Positions 27,111 through 36,737 are shown, counted from the stretch's first letter. The stretch: DNA of 64,000 nt from Bdellovibrionales bacterium (GCA_044378055.1 JBILXY010000002.1:27122-91121); one strand, 5' to 3'. Made by a program: numbers and translations. Notes: a model not told the origin generated them from the letters alone.

Positions 27111-28193
27111 ATGAAAAAAGTACTTATCTTCCTTTTGATTATAATTATAGTTGCAATATCCATAATTGCCCTTTATAGATTTAAAAATAAAGAGGAAACC
27201 AACTCGCGAAACTTTTCCAACACTACTTTAAATAACTCAGGCACTTCTGGTACAAATAATGCAGTGCAAAACGATACTTACACCCAAAAACTAATTGACC
27301 AAGTTAAAACTGGTGGATCGACCACAGGAAAGGGTACTGCCTTGAAAATTGATGTTTCAGGAACAATCCGCGATTACATTTTATATCTACCACCAAATTT
27401 TAATAAACTGGAGAAGCTGCCGCTAGTGTTTGAACTTCACGGTGGAGAAGGAGATATGAATAAAATGCAAAATTATTCTAACTTTAACGACATCGCCTCT
27501 AAACATGGTTTTGCAGTAGTTTACCCAAATTCGCTAGATGGAAACTGGAACGACGGTCGTTTGAATCAAGCTGATATTAAGAACAAATTGGGCGACGATG
27601 TTGGTTTTATTTCCAGTCTAATTGATTCTTTGGTTCAAAATGCTAAAATAGACCCTGATAAAGTTTATGCAACTGGTATTTCTAATGGAGGTTTCATGAC
27701 CCAAAAATTAGCTTGCGATATTGGTAATAAACTGACAGCTATCGGCCCAATTGCAACCGCAGTACCAACCAACTATGTTACAGATTGTAAGCCTGCAAAA
27801 CCTATTCCTATAATTTGGTTTCAAGGTACAACCGACCCATTAATTCCTTTTAATGGTGGCGATTTAGTTACTAAAAGCTTATTTGGAAATTCGACTAGAA
27901 AAGGTACTGTTCTTTCTTCCCAAGATTCTTTAAAATTCTGGATGGATAATAATGGTGTCTCTGGAAGCCCAGTTATAACACAATTAACTGACCTAGATAA
28001 AAATGACTCTAGCGATATTACACACTTTTCATATTCCTCCAGTAGAAATGCTCCTATTGAATTTTACAAAGTAAACGGCGGAGGCCACAGCGTGCCTGGT
28101 TTAATTCAGTATTTACCCAAAATTATTATTGGAAATGTGAATGGTGATGTTAAAGCCGAAGAACTAATCTGGCAATTTTTCCAGCAGTATTAA
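27111..28193 (+). CDS. Secreted esterase of the PHB-depolymerase/LpqC family.
   Basis: N-terminal TM/signal segment, LPLVFELHGGEGD, VVYPNSLDGNWNDGR, and the nucleophile elbow GISNGG. Confidence 0.7.
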   Translation: MKKVLIFLLIIIIVAISIIALYRFKNKEETNSRNFSNTTLNNSGTSGTNNAVQNDTYTQKLIDQVKTGGSTTGKGTALKIDVSGTIRDYILYLPPNFNKLEKLPLVFELHGGEGDMNKMQNYSNFNDIASKHGFAVVYPNSLDGNWNDGRLNQADIKNKLGDDVGFISSLIDSLVQNAKIDPDKVYATGISNGGFMTQKLACDIGNKLTAIGPIATAVPTNYVTDCKPAKPIPIIWFQGTTDPLIPFNGGDLVTKSLFGNSTRKGTVLSSQDSLKFWMDNNGVSGSPVITQLTDLDKNDSSDITHFSYSSSRNAPIEFYKVNGGGHSVPGLIQYLPKIIIGNVNGDVKAEELIWQFFQQY

Positions 28194-28278
28194 GAATAAT
28201 ACAATCTAAGCAAAGTTACACCCAAATTAAGCTTACCCGCCTTCAACATTTTTCCTGTGTTGGGGTTTAAGTTTTAAA

Positions 28279-29529
28279 TTAGCCTCCGATTGTTGAAGTA
28301 ATAATTCTTGTATAAAGCCTATTATCAGAACCTCTTGCAGATTGAACGCTTCCGCTTAAAATTCCTGGATTATATTCAGGAGTATGTTCTTCAACAGATA
28401 TGTTATTATTTAGAGTAATTCCAGTGTCTTGTACCCAGTTTAAACCAGTTGCAAAACCAAAACTTGTAGAAGTTGAATTTGGATTTTCTACAGCGTATAG
28501 CTTTTTATCAACACCCATTACATAAGCACGCATTGCATAATTTGTTCCGCAACCCAGGTTTATAGAAAGTGCAGTAGATGGTTTATCTGCAGCTTTTAAA
28601 CTGCCTAATCTTACCCAGTTGGTCCAAGTAAGGCCGTCATCAGAATTTCTAAAGTAAATACCTAAATCTGTACCCCTTACAAATTGCATAACTTTGCCAC
28701 TTATAGAAGTACCCACATTATCAGTATCAATTCCTGGGAAAGTGCTTGGTTCGTCTAAAATAGTAATTCCTCCACTATTTCTTGCCCAAGTAGACCAGGT
28801 AGTTGCGTCTGTTGTATATCTACTATACAATCCGTTGTCTGTTCCTCTAGCGAACTGAATTAATGTGCCGTTACGCTCGAATTGCTCGGTTCTTGATGCT
28901 AAAGTAATTGAACCCCCTCTTACCCAATTAGTCCAGCTTGTTCCGTCAGTACTTACTCTGGTATAAAGTCCATTGTCTGTTCCGTGACCTGTTTGAACTA
29001 ATTTTTGATCAAATGTCATGGTTGAAGAGTTGTAAACTTGGAAATGTGAAACAGTTGGTTTTGATTTCAAAGTTATAGCTCCGCCTCTTACCCAGTTTGT
29101 CCAGGTTGTTCCGTTTGTAGATGTTCTAGTGTACAAAGCATTATCTGTTCCATATGCTGTTAAAACAAAAATCTTAGTAGAACCACTAGTTGTTTGGAAA
29201 CCAATTACTTCTGGTTCTGTTTTAATTGTAATTCCATTTCCTTCTTGCCAGTTAGACCAATTACTTTCAGAAACTGTAAGTTGACTTGCTATTCTTGTAT
29301 AAAGTCTATTGTCTGTTCCTCTAATAGCTTGAATTAAAATTTGAGGAGTTGATGATGAGCCAGGAAGGGTTGCAAAAGAAGCTGGTGAACTTATTGTTGC
29401 CGAATTAGCCTGCCAAGGACCAACATAGGTGCAGGTGTTAAAAGCCGCTGCATTGGCTTGAATATTTGGGGATATTAATGTTGCACTTATTAATAAAAGT
29501 GTACTAAACAATTTTGTAACATTTTTCAT
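28279..29529 (-). CDS. Secreted seven-blade beta-propeller repeat protein (Asp-box/PLL-tectonin-like repeats), paralog 1.
   Basis: Signal peptide. Seven repeats of RGTDNxLYTR...(S/T)xDGxTWTNW..GGxIT...P. The last blade (SARGSDNRLYTRI) sits at the extreme C-terminus, consistent with velcro closure. Confidence 0.65.
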   Translation of the reverse strand: MKNVTKLFSTLLLISATLISPNIQANAAAFNTCTYVGPWQANSATISSPASFATLPGSSSTPQILIQAIRGTDNRLYTRIASQLTVSESNWSNWQEGNGITIKTEPEVIGFQTTSGSTKIFVLTAYGTDNALYTRTSTNGTTWTNWVRGGAITLKSKPTVSHFQVYNSSTMTFDQKLVQTGHGTDNGLYTRVSTDGTSWTNWVRGGSITLASRTEQFERNGTLIQFARGTDNGLYSRYTTDATTWSTWARNSGGITILDEPSTFPGIDTDNVGTSISGKVMQFVRGTDLGIYFRNSDDGLTWTNWVRLGSLKAADKPSTALSINLGCGTNYAMRAYVMGVDKKLYAVENPNSTSTSFGFATGLNWVQDTGITLNNNISVEEHTPEYNPGILSGSVQSARGSDNRLYTRIITSTIGG

Positions 29530-29601
29530 GTACTTGTGATAAGAGCATGGATTTATGCTTCTGTCAAAACATTCAGAATCATAAAAATAGATTGTAAATA
29601 C

Positions 29602-29622
29602 AGATAAAACCCCCGAAGGGGC
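29602..29622 (-). terminator. Weak intrinsic terminator.
   Basis: CCCC-TTCG-GGGG followed by GTTTTATCTG on the minus strand, downstream of the 29653 stop. Confidence 0.45.
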
Positions 29623-29652
29623 TATTAGTTTGAAAAAATTAATAATATTTAA

Positions 29653-30936
29653 TTATCCAACAACATTCGAAGTAATTATTCTGGTATACAATTTGTTATC
29701 AGTACCACGAGCAGACTGCACATTTTGAGATTGATCGTTACCTATTACAGAAAAGAATGTAATATAATCTACCACTGAGATATTATTACCTAGGCTAATA
29801 TTAGTATCAACCTCCCAATCTAAACCATCACTAAACCCAAAACTACTTGACTGAGAGCTGGTATTTTCAACAGCATATAGTTTTTTGTCTATACCTTTAA
29901 CATAAACTCTATTGGCATAGGCAGATCCACAATTCCGATTTATTGTACTTACAGCCTCGGGTCTTGCATCGGCGAGTAAATTACCAAGTCTAAACCAATT
30001 TGACCAATTCAAAGCATCCACCGAGCTACGAAAATATATTCCTTTGTCTGTACCTCTAACGAACTGGAGAATTTTTCCTTGAATGGGCTGACCCAAGTTG
30101 TTTGAATCTGTAGCAAGATAAGTAACAGGCTGATCTAAAACAGTTATACCACCACTATTTCTAACCCAAGCAGACCAATTTATGGCATCAGTAGTATTTC
30201 TACTATATAAGCCATTATCTGTTCCTCTGGCGAATTGCACTAATGTATAACCATCGATACTGCTGCCTGCCAAATATTCTTCAGTCGAAGAAGCGATAGT
30301 GATTGTTCCTGCTCTTTCCCAAGGTGTCCAAGTTATACCATCTAAGGTTCTTCGTGTATATAAACCATTATCAGTGCCGTATGCAGTTTGTACTAATCTT
30401 TGTTCAAAAACTGAAGTATCCGAATTAAAAACTTGTATTTCATTAAAAGAAGGCTTCTCTTTAATTGTAATCGAACCTCCTCTAATCCAAGGTGTCCATG
30501 TTAAACCGTTTGATGATGTTCTTGTGTACAGTCCATTATCAGTTCCAAAGGCCGACATTACAAAAATCAACCCAGAAGTGCTGGATAAAACAAATATTTC
30601 TGGCTCTTCTTTAACTGTAATTCCAGCCCCTTCCTGCCATGCTGTAAAATCGCTCTCAGATAAAATATTCGGACTGGTTGTAATTCTTGTGTACAATCTG
30701 TTATCTGTCCCTCTTATAGCCTGCAATAGTGATTGTGGGTCCACGACATCTGGAAGAACTGAGAATGCAACAGGAGAGCTAATTGTGGCAGTACTGGAAA
30801 ACCACTGCCCTACTGAAACACAAGAATTGTAAGCAGCAGCTTTTAATTGAACATTTGGGATTACGAAGGTTGTTGCTATAAATAAAGCAGAAAATAATTT
30901 TACACTTAAATTTTTCATACAAGCTGTCAAAATCAC
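29653..30936 (-). CDS. Secreted seven-blade beta-propeller repeat protein, paralog 2.
   Basis: Alignable along its whole length with the 28279..29529 product. It shows the same RGTDNxLYTR / DGxTWTPW repeats and the same C-terminal SARGTDNKLYTRIITS. Confidence 0.65.
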   Translation of the reverse strand: MILTACMKNLSVKLFSALFIATTFVIPNVQLKAAAYNSCVSVGQWFSSTATISSPVAFSVLPDVVDPQSLLQAIRGTDNRLYTRITTSPNILSESDFTAWQEGAGITVKEEPEIFVLSSTSGLIFVMSAFGTDNGLYTRTSSNGLTWTPWIRGGSITIKEKPSFNEIQVFNSDTSVFEQRLVQTAYGTDNGLYTRRTLDGITWTPWERAGTITIASSTEEYLAGSSIDGYTLVQFARGTDNGLYSRNTTDAINWSAWVRNSGGITVLDQPVTYLATDSNNLGQPIQGKILQFVRGTDKGIYFRSSVDALNWSNWFRLGNLLADARPEAVSTINRNCGSAYANRVYVKGIDKKLYAVENTSSQSSSFGFSDGLDWEVDTNISLGNNISVVDYITFFSVIGNDQSQNVQSARGTDNKLYTRIITSNVVG

Positions 30937-31045
30937 TTATTATTTGAAGTCAAGTTTGGTAATTACAAGTTAACAAGATTTAGCATAAAACATAAACACG
31001 CTCCGCATATAGAAAATACCTTTCAGCAATTCCAAAACCGCACTA

Positions 31046-32845
31046 CTAACCACCATCAACATTTTTTCTATCTACTTCGGTAAGTTTAATTGTAACAGGC
31101 GTTCCTTGAAAATTAAACTGCTTACGAACTACATTTTCCAAAAACCTTACATAAGACCAATGCACTGTAGTTTTATCTTTAATTAAAAGTTCAAAAGTTG
31201 GTGGTTTAGATTTTGAATAAACCAAGTCGTAAATTACCGCTTTTTTCTTATTGGCCACTTTATTTGGTGGTTTTTTCTTCATTAAGAAGTTAAATAACTT
31301 TCTAACATCGGCTTTATCAATTTGCTTTTCACGGTTGGCGATAGATTCATCTATTTTATTCCATATTTGCCACAAATTTGTTCCTTCTTTAGCCGAAACC
31401 CAAACGAAATCGTCTAGTTTTAAGAACACAAATTTATGTAGGAAATCACGGATGAATTTCTTCTTCTGCTCTTCATCAATTAAGTCGGCTTTGTTGGCTA
31501 TTACCACAATACCCTTTTTGGCCTCTCTGCAAATTCCAGCCACAACTTGATCTTGATGGCTTACCGGCAAGGATGCATCTACAATTAAACAAATTACATC
31601 GGCTTGGTAGGCAGCTTCTACAGTTCTAAAAGTAGCAAAAGTTTCAGCCCCAGTGGTTCTTTGTCCTGGCTTTCTTATTCCGGTGGAATCTAGTAAAATA
31701 TATTCCTTTTCAATCCATTCGTATTTTGGCTTTGTGGTTTCGACTTCTACTTTATTTTGCTTCGAACTCTTTTTTCCACTGGCGATTACTTCCTCTGGTA
31801 ATTCTACTACATCATCATTTTCATCTTCCAACTCTTCCAACAATTCTTCAGAAACATTATCAATTTCAGTAGTTTCATCATTATCGAGTAAGTCATCTTC
31901 CAAGTCTTCCAAGTCTAATTCTGATTTATCGAGCAACTCTTCGTCATCTAAATCCAAATTTTCCACAGGTTCCACAATTTCAGTCTTCACCATTCTTTTC
32001 AAAACCATGTCATTTACACTTAAAGTAGTTCCAGGAATATCAGTAACAATTTGAACTTCTTGCCCTATCATAGCATTGAACAAAGAACTTTTTCCAACAT
32101 TCGGTTTTCCAATCAACAAAATTTTAGGGCTTCTTTTTTCCTGCTCTTCAAATTCCAAGTTATCTGGATCAATCGGGGTTTCTTCCATCACAACTTCATA
32201 CAAACCAGGACCATTAGCATCATTTTCACGGGTTACATAATAAGATCCGTCGTTTAGCTTTTTAACAATTCCAGCCTTAGCCCTTTTCTTCTTTTTTGTA
32301 TCAATAATTCTCATCGGCTCTTCAGGAGATTTTTCAAAACCCATAGCCAAACACTTTTCTACCAAAGCATCAAGCAAATCGTTTACGCCGTAACTGTTGG
32401 TTGAACTTACATTAACAAAAGCAAAACCACCCAGCCTTGCGTAATCGGAAATACTTTTTTCCAGGTTTGGATCATCAACCTTGTTAATTACTATCATGAA
32501 GGGTTTTCCGGCCTTCCAAATTTTAGATAAAACTTTCTGGGAAATATTTTCAGGATTCTGTCTTCTATCAATAACCCAAACCAGAATATCGGCCATGGCA
32601 ATTGCTCCGAAAGAGCGAACTTGAATTTCCTTCTGAATTTTATCTTCAGGATCTGGAACCAAACCACCAGTATCAACAAATTGCATGTACATGTTGTCCC
32701 ACTCGGTTTCCGACCAGTTTAAATCTCGGGTTGTGTGTTCTTCTTTGGCAGTAATAGCTTTTTTAGTACCGCAAATTCTATTAAGCAGGGTACTTTTACC
32801 AGAATTAGGCAAACCAATTAAAGCAATGGTAGGTATTCGTTTCAT
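31046..32845 (-). CDS. der: Ribosome-biogenesis GTPase Der/EngA with a large acidic insertion in the second G domain.
   Basis: GD1 has GLPNSGKSTLLN, GD2 has GKPNVGKSSLFN, and the KH-like C-terminus is present. An Asp/Glu-rich insert of roughly 90 aa lies between the GD2 G2 motif (PGTT) and G3 motif (DSTG). Confidence 0.85.
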   Translation of the reverse strand: MKRIPTIALIGLPNSGKSTLLNRICGTKKAITAKEEHTTRDLNWSETEWDNMYMQFVDTGGLVPDPEDKIQKEIQVRSFGAIAMADILVWVIDRRQNPENISQKVLSKIWKAGKPFMIVINKVDDPNLEKSISDYARLGGFAFVNVSSTNSYGVNDLLDALVEKCLAMGFEKSPEEPMRIIDTKKKKRAKAGIVKKLNDGSYYVTRENDANGPGLYEVVMEETPIDPDNLEFEEQEKRSPKILLIGKPNVGKSSLFNAMIGQEVQIVTDIPGTTLSVNDMVLKRMVKTEIVEPVENLDLDDEELLDKSELDLEDLEDDLLDNDETTEIDNVSEELLEELEDENDDVVELPEEVIASGKKSSKQNKVEVETTKPKYEWIEKEYILLDSTGIRKPGQRTTGAETFATFRTVEAAYQADVICLIVDASLPVSHQDQVVAGICREAKKGIVVIANKADLIDEEQKKKFIRDFLHKFVFLKLDDFVWVSAKEGTNLWQIWNKIDESIANREKQIDKADVRKLFNFLMKKKPPNKVANKKKAVIYDLVYSKSKPPTFELLIKDKTTVHWSYVRFLENVVRKQFNFQGTPVTIKLTEVDRKNVDGG

Positions 32846-33091
32846 AAAACAATCAAATCTGCAAGTTCAGGCTTTGTCAAAAGAATCAAATAATTAGACA
32901 GTTTATCCAAGTTAATTGCGGTGAGTGATTACAATTAACCAGATTTTGTGAGCTAAGTCATCGTGAAACAGTTTTCAGGGTATAAGCCTCTAGAACAAAA
33001 TAAATCTGAGAACTTTAAAAGCAGATATTTGACTTCAACAAATATTTATGAAAAAATTATTTTAGTTTATATTATCATGGTTTAAAACTCA

Positions 33092-33538
33092 ATGGATATA
33101 GATTTATCAGATACCCTGATTGCATTACTATTTTTTTGTGATGTTCGCGATGAAAAACAAGTTATGGGCATTAACATGATAGATTTAATGTCCGATATTA
33201 CAGTGCCTCCAACAACCGTATATCACAAATCTAGCAACTTAAGGCTAGTAATTTCAATAGAAAAAGCCTGCAAAGTTGATGGTTTAATTAACTTAGCAGA
33301 GGAAAGTTATCTGGAAGTTTATCAAACACCTAGTGATTTAAAGCTAGATGTTTTAGTTACAATGATTAATTCATTGTTTCTTTACTCAAAAATGGGTAGC
33401 AATATATTGGACATAACTGATCCTTATGTTTTTAGAACTATCTTCGACATTTTCGACATGTTCTGTGAATATATGGATTCGTTAGAGTATAATGAGTTTG
33501 AACATCACAAACTAAAGTGGGCTGAAGTATGCTCATAA
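33092..33538 (+). CDS. Orphan hypothetical protein (148 aa) occupying the position where the lepA G domain would be expected.
   Basis: ORF with its own terminator. No similarity to a GTPase domain is visible. Confidence 0.4.
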   Translation: MDIDLSDTLIALLFFCDVRDEKQVMGINMIDLMSDITVPPTTVYHKSSNLRLVISIEKACKVDGLINLAEESYLEVYQTPSDLKLDVLVTMINSLFLYSKMGSNILDITDPYVFRTIFDIFDMFCEYMDSLEYNEFEHHKLKWAEVCS

Positions 33539-33547
33539 AAAATAATC

Positions 33548-33576
33548 GCCTAGCTAACCCTAGGCCTTTTTATTTG
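33548..33576 (+). terminator. Intrinsic terminator.
   Basis: GCCTAG-CTAACC-CTAGGC followed by CTTTTTATTTG. Confidence 0.65.
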
Positions 33577-33613
33577 CCTAAAATTAATTAAGATTGCAAT
33601 ATTTAAATTAACT

Positions 33614-34834
33614 ATGCTGAAGGCTTTAATTTTTGATTCTTTTTTCGATAAACATCGTGGGGTTATTGCTTTCATTCGTTTATTTAATGGGGAAATAAAG
33701 GCAGGTGACAGTATCTATTTCTTGCAATCTAGCACTAAAATTACAGTTTTAGAAGTTGGGGTTTTCAAACCAGAAATGCAACCAATTTCAAGTTTAAGCA
33801 GTGGTGAGGTTGGTTATTTGGTTACAGGTTTAAAAGAATTAGAAAAGGTTAAAGTTGGCGATACAGTCAGCAGCAAAGATGACCAGAGCTTGGCACTTCA
33901 CGGCTATAAAGAAGTAACTCCAAAAGTTTTTTCCAGTCTTTTCCCAACCAACGCCGATGATTATCCTAAACTTCGCGATGCGGTGGCTAAATTAAAGCTT
34001 AGTGATGCTTCCTTAATGTACGAAACAGAGAATATTCCTGCCCTTGGTTTTGGTTTTAGATGTGGTTTTTTAGGCCTTTTACATATGGATATTGTGCAAG
34101 AAAGATTAAGCAGGGAATTCGATTTAGATTTGGTTTTAACTACCCCTTCTGTAGAATACGAAATTGAGGAAAATAATGGCAGTAAATACACAATTCATAC
34201 CCCAGCTTTGCTTCCTGACCCCAGTAAAATTCGCCACATTTCAGAACCTTGGATTAAGATGGAAATTTTAACTCCTGATATTTACATTGGAAAAATTATC
34301 GAATTAATAACCAACAAACGCGGTACTTATACTTCAATGTCAGCTCTAGCAGCCGATCAAGTTCAAATAACTGCAGATTTACCGCTTGCCGAAATGATTG
34401 TAGATTTTTACGACGAATTAAAGTCTTGCACCAAGGGTTTTGCCACTATGTCTTACGATTTGGTTGGCTTTCAGCAAAGCGACTTGGTTAAAATTGATAT
34501 TCTGGTAAACAAGAAAATTGTTGATCCTTTATCAGTAATGTGCCACAGGGCTAATGCTGAAACCAAAGGAAGAGAAATTTGTGAAAAGCTAAAAGAACTA
34601 ATTCCAAGGCAGCAATTCGATATTTCAATTCAAGCTTCAATCGGCGCAAGAGTTATTGCAAGGGAAACAATCAAACCTTTTAGAAAAGATGTAACTGCCA
34701 AACTTTACGGCGGCGACCCTACCCGAAGAATGAAGCTGCTGGATAAACAAAAGGAAGGGAAGAAGAAAATGAAAATGGTTGGAAATGTAGAAATTCCCCA
34801 ATCAGCCTTCCTAAATGTGTTAAAGAAAAGTTAA
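33614..34834 (+). CDS. lepA: Elongation factor 4 (LepA) domains II through the C-terminal domain only. The N-terminal GTPase domain is absent, so this is a truncated gene or possible pseudogene.
   Basis: The product is collinear with E. coli LepA from about residue 190 (PLQALIIDSWFD, versus MLKALIFDSFFD here) to the C-terminus. Shared stretches include ALGFGFRCGFLGLLHM, LIPRQQFDI.IQA.IG and KQKEGKKKMK. No G1-G4 motifs appear upstream in any frame. Confidence 0.8.
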   Translation: MLKALIFDSFFDKHRGVIAFIRLFNGEIKAGDSIYFLQSSTKITVLEVGVFKPEMQPISSLSSGEVGYLVTGLKELEKVKVGDTVSSKDDQSLALHGYKEVTPKVFSSLFPTNADDYPKLRDAVAKLKLSDASLMYETENIPALGFGFRCGFLGLLHMDIVQERLSREFDLDLVLTTPSVEYEIEENNGSKYTIHTPALLPDPSKIRHISEPWIKMEILTPDIYIGKIIELITNKRGTYTSMSALAADQVQITADLPLAEMIVDFYDELKSCTKGFATMSYDLVGFQQSDLVKIDILVNKKIVDPLSVMCHRANAETKGREICEKLKELIPRQQFDISIQASIGARVIARETIKPFRKDVTAKLYGGDPTRRMKLLDKQKEGKKKMKMVGNVEIPQSAFLNVLKKS

Positions 34835-36657
34835 AAATACCCTCTCCAGGCTATAATTGAAGCCTTGGTTACTTCGCCAAAATAACCTGTTGAACCACCT
34901 GCAAAGTTGAACTTACCTGCACTTTTCATACAGTCTTGCAGCTGTTTAACTCGGTTACTTTGTTCTCCAAAATTCCAAGCCTGGCCTTTTAAATCTTCAC
35001 ATGAAAAATCTGGGGTTGAATTGCCCTTTAATCTGGAAAAAGCTTCAGAAGTTACAGGGCCAAAATAACCAGTATCACTTGGCCAGTTAAACAAACCGGC
35101 TGTTCTTAAACATTTTTGCAATTCCAGCACATCGTTATTTCTATCCCCAATTTTAAAGTTTTTAGATTTGAAAGAATCACAACCAGAAACCGGTGTTAGT
35201 GAAGCTGGAGGGGTGGCTGGAGGTGTAGAATCTTGACCAACCCAATTCTTCAAAGCTGCCGAAGTTATTGGGCCGAAATAGCCTGTATCGGTTGGGAATT
35301 GAAATAATCCAGCTGCCCTTAAACAACCTTGCAAAAGCTTAACCCTGTTTCCAATCTCCCCATCATCAAATTTTTGACTTTTCAAAGATTCACAACTTGT
35401 ATCTTCCTCAGCAACTTCTTGCTTTGGCTCAGAAGGTGTGGTGGTGGTTTTAGCTAATTTTCTGGCTGCATCAGTAATTGGGCCATAATAGCCAGTATTA
35501 CTTGGCCAATTAAACAAGCCAATATTTCGCAAACATTGCTGTAAAGACTTAATGTCTTCACTAACATCGCCAATAGTATATTCAGAATCAATTAATTCTT
35601 TGCACTTAGCATTGTTATCTGCCTGACTTATTCCCAGTTTTTTATCTCTAATAAAGTTCTTTAATGCTTGATCAGTAATTACACCATACATTCCAGTTAT
35701 TTCTCGGTTTAAATAATACCCTTGTTGTCTTAAAAATCTTTGCAGAAGCTTAATATTATCATTATTTTGGCCTAAACTGTATTGAACTTGAATAATATCT
35801 TTAACTGAATCAAAACTAATCTGATCACCTGTATTTACATTAACTTGGATATCTTTTCCTACCAAATTTTTAGCATCTAAATCAGCTTTAGAATAAGTAT
35901 TAGTATCTACTCCCCAACCATTAGAAACTATGATTGCCCACAAATTATAATTTCCCCAATAAACATGTGGTGTATATCTGTAATTTGCAGCAGTAGCAGC
36001 ATTAGTTAAGAAAATATTGTATTCGTCTAAAGTGGTAATTGTGTTATTTACATGGTAAGGTGCTACCATTGAACTTCTAGTTATAGCTAAATTGAAGTTG
36101 AATTGAAGTTGGTAAGCTGCCCAATTCACTTGATTGGCAAAACCAAAGTATTCAGTAGCACAAACCGAAGTATCTGGGCAACCATAACCCATGGCAGTTC
36201 TAATTCTTCTTTCAGGATCTGCATTTGTATCATAACCACTTAAACTTAAAAGGGATTGCTCTTTTTCTAAGTAGGCTAAAATTAATCCTGGGTTTAAATT
36301 TGGAACAACACCCCACTTGCTGCTTGATTGACCCCTAGCTGCAGCAAAAATGTAATAACTTGCCCGCTTTCCCTGTTCAGTATAATTTTTTAAAGGTGAG
36401 TTAACACTATTTAAATAATCTTGAACTTTAGCCTCGTTATCAAAAACCTTGGTCGAACTAAAAGTTTGATCACTAATAATAAAATTTGGATCGAAAATTG
36501 GAGTGTTTGAATTTACCCCCAAAACGGTGTCTGTTGATTTTGCAATTTTATTAATATCAACTTTAGAGCTGTAAAAATTATATACAGCAACTGAAGCTAA
36601 AATTAAATTAAAAAGTATTAAAGCAAAGGTGAATTGTAACAGATTCTTCCGGTTCAT
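34831..36657 (-). CDS. Secreted cell-wall-associated protein with five PG_binding_1 repeats.
   Basis: An N-terminal TM/signal segment is followed by an unassigned domain of roughly 280 aa. Five repeats then follow of LQxCLRxxGLFxxPxxTGYFGPxTxxA. Confidence 0.7.
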   Translation of the reverse strand: MNRKNLLQFTFALILFNLILASVAVYNFYSSKVDINKIAKSTDTVLGVNSNTPIFDPNFIISDQTFSSTKVFDNEAKVQDYLNSVNSPLKNYTEQGKRASYYIFAAARGQSSSKWGVVPNLNPGLILAYLEKEQSLLSLSGYDTNADPERRIRTAMGYGCPDTSVCATEYFGFANQVNWAAYQLQFNFNLAITRSSMVAPYHVNNTITTLDEYNIFLTNAATAANYRYTPHVYWGNYNLWAIIVSNGWGVDTNTYSKADLDAKNLVGKDIQVNVNTGDQISFDSVKDIIQVQYSLGQNNDNIKLLQRFLRQQGYYLNREITGMYGVITDQALKNFIRDKKLGISQADNNAKCKELIDSEYTIGDVSEDIKSLQQCLRNIGLFNWPSNTGYYGPITDAARKLAKTTTTPSEPKQEVAEEDTSCESLKSQKFDDGEIGNRVKLLQGCLRAAGLFQFPTDTGYFGPITSAALKNWVGQDSTPPATPPASLTPVSGCDSFKSKNFKIGDRNNDVLELQKCLRTAGLFNWPSDTGYFGPVTSEAFSRLKGNSTPDFSCEDLKGQAWNFGEQSNRVKQLQDCMKSAGKFNFAGGSTGYFGEVTKASIIAWRGYF

Positions 36658-36737
36658 TTTTATTTTTGTTTAGGTTTTATGCAAAATCGTTGCAATCTTA
36701 GTTATTATAACCCTAAAAACTTAATTTGGCAAAATTT

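Noticed and set aside
30299-30832. 177-aa plus-strand ORF.
   Set aside because: It is antisense to the well-supported propeller-repeat gene 29653..30936.
31251-32257. Plus-strand ORFs 31251..31550, 31653..32054 and 32051..32257.
   Set aside because: They are antisense to der. The Ser-rich 31653..32054 product is the complement of the poly-acidic insert.
32911-32939. Inverted repeat GTTAATTG-13 nt-CAATTAAC in the der/orphan intergenic region, considered as an operator.
   Set aside because: It is a single AT-rich 8-bp inverted repeat with no second copy and no adjacent regulator gene. That is insufficient evidence.
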